A DNA stretch of 64,000 nucleotides. Origin: an uncultured Candidatus Saccharibacteria bacterium. GTDB lineage: Bacteria > Patescibacteriota > Minisyncoccia > Phycocordibacterales > JAKFXT01. A program made the position numbers and the translations under genes. The DNA is taken from positions 6,326 through 70,325 of the forward strand of contig CAZIPS010000002.1 of assembly GCA_964541455.1 (NCBI GenBank), read 5' to 3'. This document shows, one piece after another, positions 57,619 to 64,000 of the stretch. Under the pieces are notes generated by a model, which saw only the letters and a program-made list of their open reading frames with translations, did no database searches and was not told the DNA's origin. Each line of letters opens with the position of its first letter. Position 1 is the stretch's first letter.

Positions 57619-57705
57619 CGCTAGTTTCCTTTCATGGGGTCATGGGGGTAATGGGGTACTAAAAGCGAGTTTCACAATAACACGCACTTTAATTTTATCA
57701 AAAAG

Positions 57706-58293
57706 TTAGATCCCTTTTTTAGCAAGCTTTGCAACCGTATCCCCTGCTTTAGTTCTTCCCTCGGGGGTAAGTTTTTTGATGTTTCCGATATAGGTTACGC
57801 GAGTAGGCCAGATGCCTGAAAACCAAAACACACCTTTGCGTATGTCGTGAGTAAAGTCCCCCATGAAAAGGCGGTCGAGTAATGGCGGATTATCCATAGT
57901 AACAATGATTCGCCCTGTACGACCCTTAAGTAATTTATCCCAAAGTCCAAGTAGGCTCCCCTTTCGCATACGAAAAGCAAATCCTGGAAGAAACATGCGA
58001 TCAAGAAGTCCTTTGAGAAGGGCGGGCATTGTGCTCCACCAATTGGGGTAGACCACTGTGATATGGTTTGCCCATTTAAAATCATTTTGTAACTGCAGTA
58101 GATCAGGTTCGAGTGCTTGGATTTCTTTATAACCTTTGTGAAGAATGGGGTCAAACTGGAGTTCACCGATGTTTACCCTTTTTACTTCATGACCCGCCTC
58201 CCTTGCTGCTTCTTCATACCGTGTCGCCAAGTAGCCGCACATAGTGTCCCAGTTACTGTGCCCGAGCAGCACCAAAATTTTTTTCTTTTGCAT
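57706..58293 (-). CDS. NAD(P)H-dependent oxidoreductase, flavodoxin-like fold
   Basis: ILVLLGH, YPNWWSTMPALLKGLLDR. Confidence 0.92.
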   Translation of the reverse strand: MQKKKILVLLGHSNWDTMCGYLATRYEEAAREAGHEVKRVNIGELQFDPILHKGYKEIQALEPDLLQLQNDFKWANHITVVYPNWWSTMPALLKGLLDRMFLPGFAFRMRKGSLLGLWDKLLKGRTGRIIVTMDNPPLLDRLFMGDFTHDIRKGVFWFSGIWPTRVTYIGNIKKLTPEGRTKAGDTVAKLAKKGI

Positions 58294-58294
58294 G

Positions 58295-58522
58295 TTACTT
58301 TTGCATTAAAGAACTCAACTGCCCTTTGTATTCTTGGAGTACACTCATAACAGCCTGCATCTGTGGAGTACCTTGCTTCATTTTGGCTTCTACTTTTTTT
58401 CCAATTTCTGTAAAAAGTTCAGGATGCTGCTCTACTATATTTAAAATTTGTTCCTGCTGCGCTTCAGGAACTCCTTTCAGTTTACTTTTTATAAGACTGC
58501 GCATTAAGAAATTTTTTAGCAT
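58295..58522 (-). CDS. Small hypothetical protein
   Basis: 75-aa helical ORF tightly coupled to the downstream gene; TGcTAACAT 6 nt before ATG. Confidence 0.75.
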   Translation of the reverse strand: MLKNFLMRSLIKSKLKGVPEAQQEQILNIVEQHPELFTEIGKKVEAKMKQGTPQMQAVMSVLQEYKGQLSSLMQK

Positions 58523-58624
58523 GTGTGTATGTTAGCATCCCGTCTACTCCCGCACAATTTAGGAGAAGGTCGTAGTTATTAACAGGTGACTTTTCAAAAT
58601 GGATAAAATCTATTATACTCTACT

Positions 58625-58745
58625 TACAAGCTAAACTAGGTCGGAAAAATAGTTAGCTCGAAGTGTGTCTGTAACAAAAGGCTATCGAACTTTTGTAATA
58701 GACCGGCAAAAACCCGAAAGAAATATCTTTCGGGTTTTTGCTTTT
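58625..58745 (+). ncRNA. Candidate structured small RNA
   Basis: TATACT at 58614-58619 followed by three consecutive hairpins (58629-58658, 58667-58703, terminator 58706-58741); no ORF. Confidence 0.5.
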
Positions 58746-58781
58746 AAAATCAAAAAGGAGATAAGGCAGTAAATGCAAAAT

Positions 58782-58810
58782 TTGACTTTATATAATAAGT
58801 AAGTTATAAT
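58782..58810 (+). promoter_or_regulatory. Sigma70-type promoter of islet 8
   Basis: TTGACT-17 bp-TATAAT. Confidence 0.8.
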
Positions 58811-58839
58811 TATCCTCAGGCAATTTCAGGAGATTTTTT

Positions 58840-59055
58840 ATGGACTTTTGTCCAGCATGCGGTGGGCTTCTCAAGGAGACCCACCTCTCAGGAAACCTCT
58901 ACGGGTTTTCTCGGCGTGATGCATACAAGTGCAATGACTGCAGCCTTGTCTTGGCACGCGCTAACGGCGGGGCGGTACACTCGGTCACCCCCATCGCACC
59001 AAATGCGGTGGTGATCGAGGGGTACAAGTTGGGGCTCCGTCTCCCACAGGTTTAG
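58840..59055 (+). CDS. GC-rich zinc-ribbon protein, 71 aa (islet 8)
   Basis: SD AGGAG 7 nt before ATG; MDFCPACGGLL...YKCNDC. Confidence 0.75.
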   Translation: MDFCPACGGLLKETHLSGNLYGFSRRDAYKCNDCSLVLARANGGAVHSVTPIAPNAVVIEGYKLGLRLPQV

Positions 59056-59058
59056 TAT

Positions 59059-59092
59059 CACCCCGGGTCGGAAGACCCGGGTGTTTCTTTTT
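59059..59092 (+). terminator. Terminator of islet 8, abutting the atpC stop
   Basis: CCCGGGTC-ggaa-GACCCGGG followed by a T-rich tract. Confidence 0.85.
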
Positions 59093-59324
59093 ATACGAGT
59101 ACCAGAACGCTTTCTTTTGATACTTCAAGCACTCCTTTATTAATTGGAAATGTTTCATTTCCCCCTACCCCACGTACAGTCACTACCCCACTGCGTAAAG
59201 CAGAAACTAAAGGTATATGGTTTTTGAGAATAGTCATTTCTCCTTCACTCCCTGGAAGCGTGACTGAAGTAACTTCGCCATGGAAGAGGACGTCACTAAC
59301 TGAAGCAATGGTGAGAGTGAACAT
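59091..59324 (-). CDS. atpC: ATP synthase epsilon subunit (beta-sandwich only)
   Basis: LPGSEGEMTILKNHIPL; follows atpD. Confidence 0.9.
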   Translation of the reverse strand: MFTLTIASVSDVLFHGEVTSVTLPGSEGEMTILKNHIPLVSALRSGVVTVRGVGGNETFPINKGVLEVSKESVLVLV

Positions 59325-59329
59325 ATTGA

Positions 59330-61656
<2,327 letters not shown>

Positions 61657-61661
61657 ATGTT

Positions 61662-63209
61662 TTATCGTGCACTAAAGAAGGCACTTAGCGCTTCTTTGAG
61701 TTTCTGTTCGGTGTCCTCGCTAATTTCTCTTGTTGTTTTGATAGTTTCAAATAATGTAGGGACACTATTTTCAAGATGAAGTAAAAGTCGCTCTTCAGTG
61801 TCTTTGACCGAAGAAACCTCAATTTTGTCGAAGTAGCCGTTCACTCCGGCATAAATAATCACTACCTGCTTTTCAAATGAAAGCGGTACTCCCTTTCCTT
61901 GTGTGAGCACTTCAGAGAGTCTGCGTCCCTTCTCAAGACGCTCTTTGGTAACTGGATCTAGGTCTTGTGAGAATTGCATAAACGCTTCGAGTTCGCGGAA
62001 TTGAGCAAGTTCTAGGCGGATTTTAGCTGCAACTTTTTTCATCGCTTTTGTTTGAGCGGCACTTCCCACACGAGACACTGAAATACCAACGTTGATGGCA
62101 GGTTTAGTCCCTTTGTTGAAAAGATCAGCCTCAAGGTAAATCTGGCCATCAGTAATTGAAATCACGTTAGTAGGAATATACCCTGACACATCGTTTTCTT
62201 GAGTTTCGATGATAGGAAGCGCAGTAAGTGATCCTCCTTTAAGTTTTGGAGAAAGTTTTGCAGCACGTTCCAAAAGGCGTGAGTGAAGATAAAAAATGTC
62301 ACCTGGATACGCTTCACGTCCCGGTGGACGACGGAGCAAAAGTGAAAGCTGACGGTAAGCAACAGCCTGCTTTGAAAGATCGTCATAAATCACAAGGGCG
62401 TCTTTCCCTTGTTCCATAAAGTACTCACCAAGTGCCGCTCCTGCATAGGGGGCCAAAAATTGAAGCGCCGCAGGGTCACTTGCTCCTGCTGAAACAACGA
62501 TAGTGTAGGCAAGCGCACCCTTTGTTTTAAGCTGATGCACAATACGTGCTGTCTTTGACTCCTTTTGACCGATAGCAACATAGATACACATTGGGCGCGT
62601 TGCCTCTGGCTCATGTAACTGATTAAGGATAGTATCAATTGCTACCGTTGTTTTTCCGATTCCGCGGTCACCGATAATAAGTTCACGTTGTCCGCGTCCG
62701 ATAGGAATCATGGCGTCAATTGCTTTGATACCTGTATGAAGTGGGGTATCTACACTTGCGCGGTCAATCACCCCATACGCCTCGCGTTCAATAGGGTAAA
62801 AAGCACTTTCTTTAATAGCGCCTAGTCCATCAAGAGGAACACCAAGTGGGTTTACTACACGACCTAGGAAATGTTCGCCCACAGGAAGCGAAAGTACTTT
62901 TTTGAGACGCTTTACACGCATACCCTCAACGACGCGCGTTGAGTCACCCAAAAGAATCGCACGCACAAGCCCCTCTTCAAGGTTAAGTACAAGTCCATAG
63001 AGTGGATCATGTTGTTCCATGCTTTCCTCAAGACTTTTACCATCGTGAGTAATGAACTCGATCATTTCTGACATCATTGCCTTACCAAGCCCCTCTATTT
63101 CAACCACACCATCACCAATAGCGCGTACCACCCCGACCTCTTCTGTTGTAGGAAGGTGTGCATAGTGTTCGAGCTCCTTCTTTATCTTTTCAATCAGATG
63201 TTCGTTCAT
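61662..63209 (-). CDS. atpA: ATP synthase alpha subunit
   Basis: [29 protein letters not shown]. Confidence 0.99.
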   Translation of the reverse strand: MNEHLIEKIKKELEHYAHLPTTEEVGVVRAIGDGVVEIEGLGKAMMSEMIEFITHDGKSLEESMEQHDPLYGLVLNLEEGLVRAILLGDSTRVVEGMRVKRLKKVLSLPVGEHFLGRVVNPLGVPLDGLGAIKESAFYPIEREAYGVIDRASVDTPLHTGIKAIDAMIPIGRGQRELIIGDRGIGKTTVAIDTILNQLHEPEATRPMCIYVAIGQKESKTARIVHQLKTKGALAYTIVVSAGASDPAALQFLAPYAGAALGEYFMEQGKDALVIYDDLSKQAVAYRQLSLLLRRPPGREAYPGDIFYLHSRLLERAAKLSPKLKGGSLTALPIIETQENDVSGYIPTNVISITDGQIYLEADLFNKGTKPAINVGISVSRVGSAAQTKAMKKVAAKIRLELAQFRELEAFMQFSQDLDPVTKERLEKGRRLSEVLTQGKGVPLSFEKQVVIIYAGVNGYFDKIEVSSVKDTEERLLLHLENSVPTLFETIKTTREISEDTEQKLKEALSAFFSAR

Positions 63210-63601
63210 ATGTTGTGTTGTGTTAGTAGGGTTTTATAAAGTGTGAGAAGGGATTGTTTGTAGCTCTCATCAATACGCAGGTCTTTGGTTTCTAATTGGT
63301 ACCCGCCAATAAGTGATGCGTCGAGTACGTGCGCAATTGAGGAAGGGTTGTGGTGAGGAAAATATTTTTCGATAATCTGTTTTGCCCTCTCACTTGAAAT
63401 TGGCTTGGCAGTTTTAAGTAAAAGATAGTCTCGTTTCTTTTTTTGCGCTGTCTCAAGGGATTTTAAAATTTTGGGAAAAAGACGCATGAGATGTTTCTTT
63501 TGAAGGAGCGCCCGCAGGTGCTCGATTAAGATATCGATTTCTTCAGTATTTTTGTTCCTTCCCAATTCAAGAAGTGCTTCAGCGTATAGTTCTGCTTTCA
63601 T
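63206..63601 (-). CDS. atpH: ATP synthase delta subunit (short)
   Basis: YAEAL N-terminus, DASLIGG, RIDES; lies between atpF and atpA. Confidence 0.85.
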   Translation of the reverse strand: MKAELYAEALLELGRNKNTEEIDILIEHLRALLQKKHLMRLFPKILKSLETAQKKKRDYLLLKTAKPISSERAKQIIEKYFPHHNPSSIAHVLDASLIGGYQLETKDLRIDESYKQSLLTLYKTLLTQHNI

Positions 63602-63602
63602 G

Positions 63603-64000
63603 TTATGCTTCCTTGCGAAGAATTTTCTCGGCACCAAGTATGGCGAGTTTTGCAATATGCGCCTCAGTTTCTTTAAGTGCTTCTGCCTTAATCCGCTCAC
63701 CCTCAAGCGCTGCTTCTTTTAGAAGTGTTGCCTTTATATTTTCAGCTTCAAGAGCCGCCTTTTCTTTAAGGTGTGTTGCTGAACTAAGGGCGTTTGACAA
63801 TGCTTTGTCAGCTTTTTGTGCACTTTCTTTTAATAGCTGCGCACCTTCTGTTTCGGCCATCGTAAGTCTCTCTTTTGCTTCTTCTGCATCGCTTACCCCC
63901 TTAGCAATCAACCTACGACGCTCGTCGAGAAGCGTAAGAAGTGGCGTGTAGAGAAAACGCTTGAGTAAAAATAGCAAGATAAGAAAGTTCACTATTTGTA
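63603..64000 (-). CDS. atpF: ATP synthase b subunit (5' end outside window)
   Basis: NFLILLFLLKRFLYTPL..LDERR followed by a charged helix. Confidence 0.92.
   Translation of the reverse strand, partial: QIVNFLILLFLLKRFLYTPLLTLLDERRRLIAKGVSDAEEAKERLTMAETEGAQLLKESAQKADKALSNALSSATHLKEKAALEAENIKATLLKEAALEGERIKAEALKETEAHIAKLAILGAEKILRKEA

Noticed and set aside
1650-59092. Islets as integron cassettes or IS/MITE insertions
   Set aside because: They are dispersed rather than arrayed, carry their own promoters, and show no attC-like ends, terminal inverted repeats, target duplications, integrase or transposase that I could see.

Overview
Compact, AT-rich bacterial chromosome segment (standard code 11) whose gene content points to Patescibacteria/CPR, most likely Parcubacteria: short AlaRS, archaeal-type AspRS, LeuRS with a Nudix insert, and several CPR-style hypothetical proteins. 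It is mostly housekeeping: recR (partial), dnaB, six tRNA synthetases, mraY-ftsW-murG, scpAB, grpE-dnaK-dnaJ, infA-rpmJ-rpsMKD-rpoA-rplQ-rplM-rpsI, mnmA, mltG, ychF, atpFHAGDC and one tRNA-Pro(GGG). No integrase, transposase, CRISPR array or prophage was seen. The main unexplained structure is a set of 7 protein-coding units plus 1 minimal unit wedged singly between core genes. Most are GC-rich, and each has a Shine-Dalgarno, an orphan or degenerate ORF and a GC-rich terminator, usually behind its own sigma70-type promoter. By contrast, many core genes look leaderless (-10 hexamer 6-7 nt before ATG). Other leads are a coupled 4-gene acyltransferase/aldolase-fold/membrane histidine kinase/membrane protein operon, a dif-like site with oriented KOPS-like octamers near 10.96 kb, a tRNA nested between two halves of a second copy, two candidate small RNAs, and a transglycosylase gene lacking a canonical start codon. 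All product calls come from recognising motifs by eye; no searches were run.
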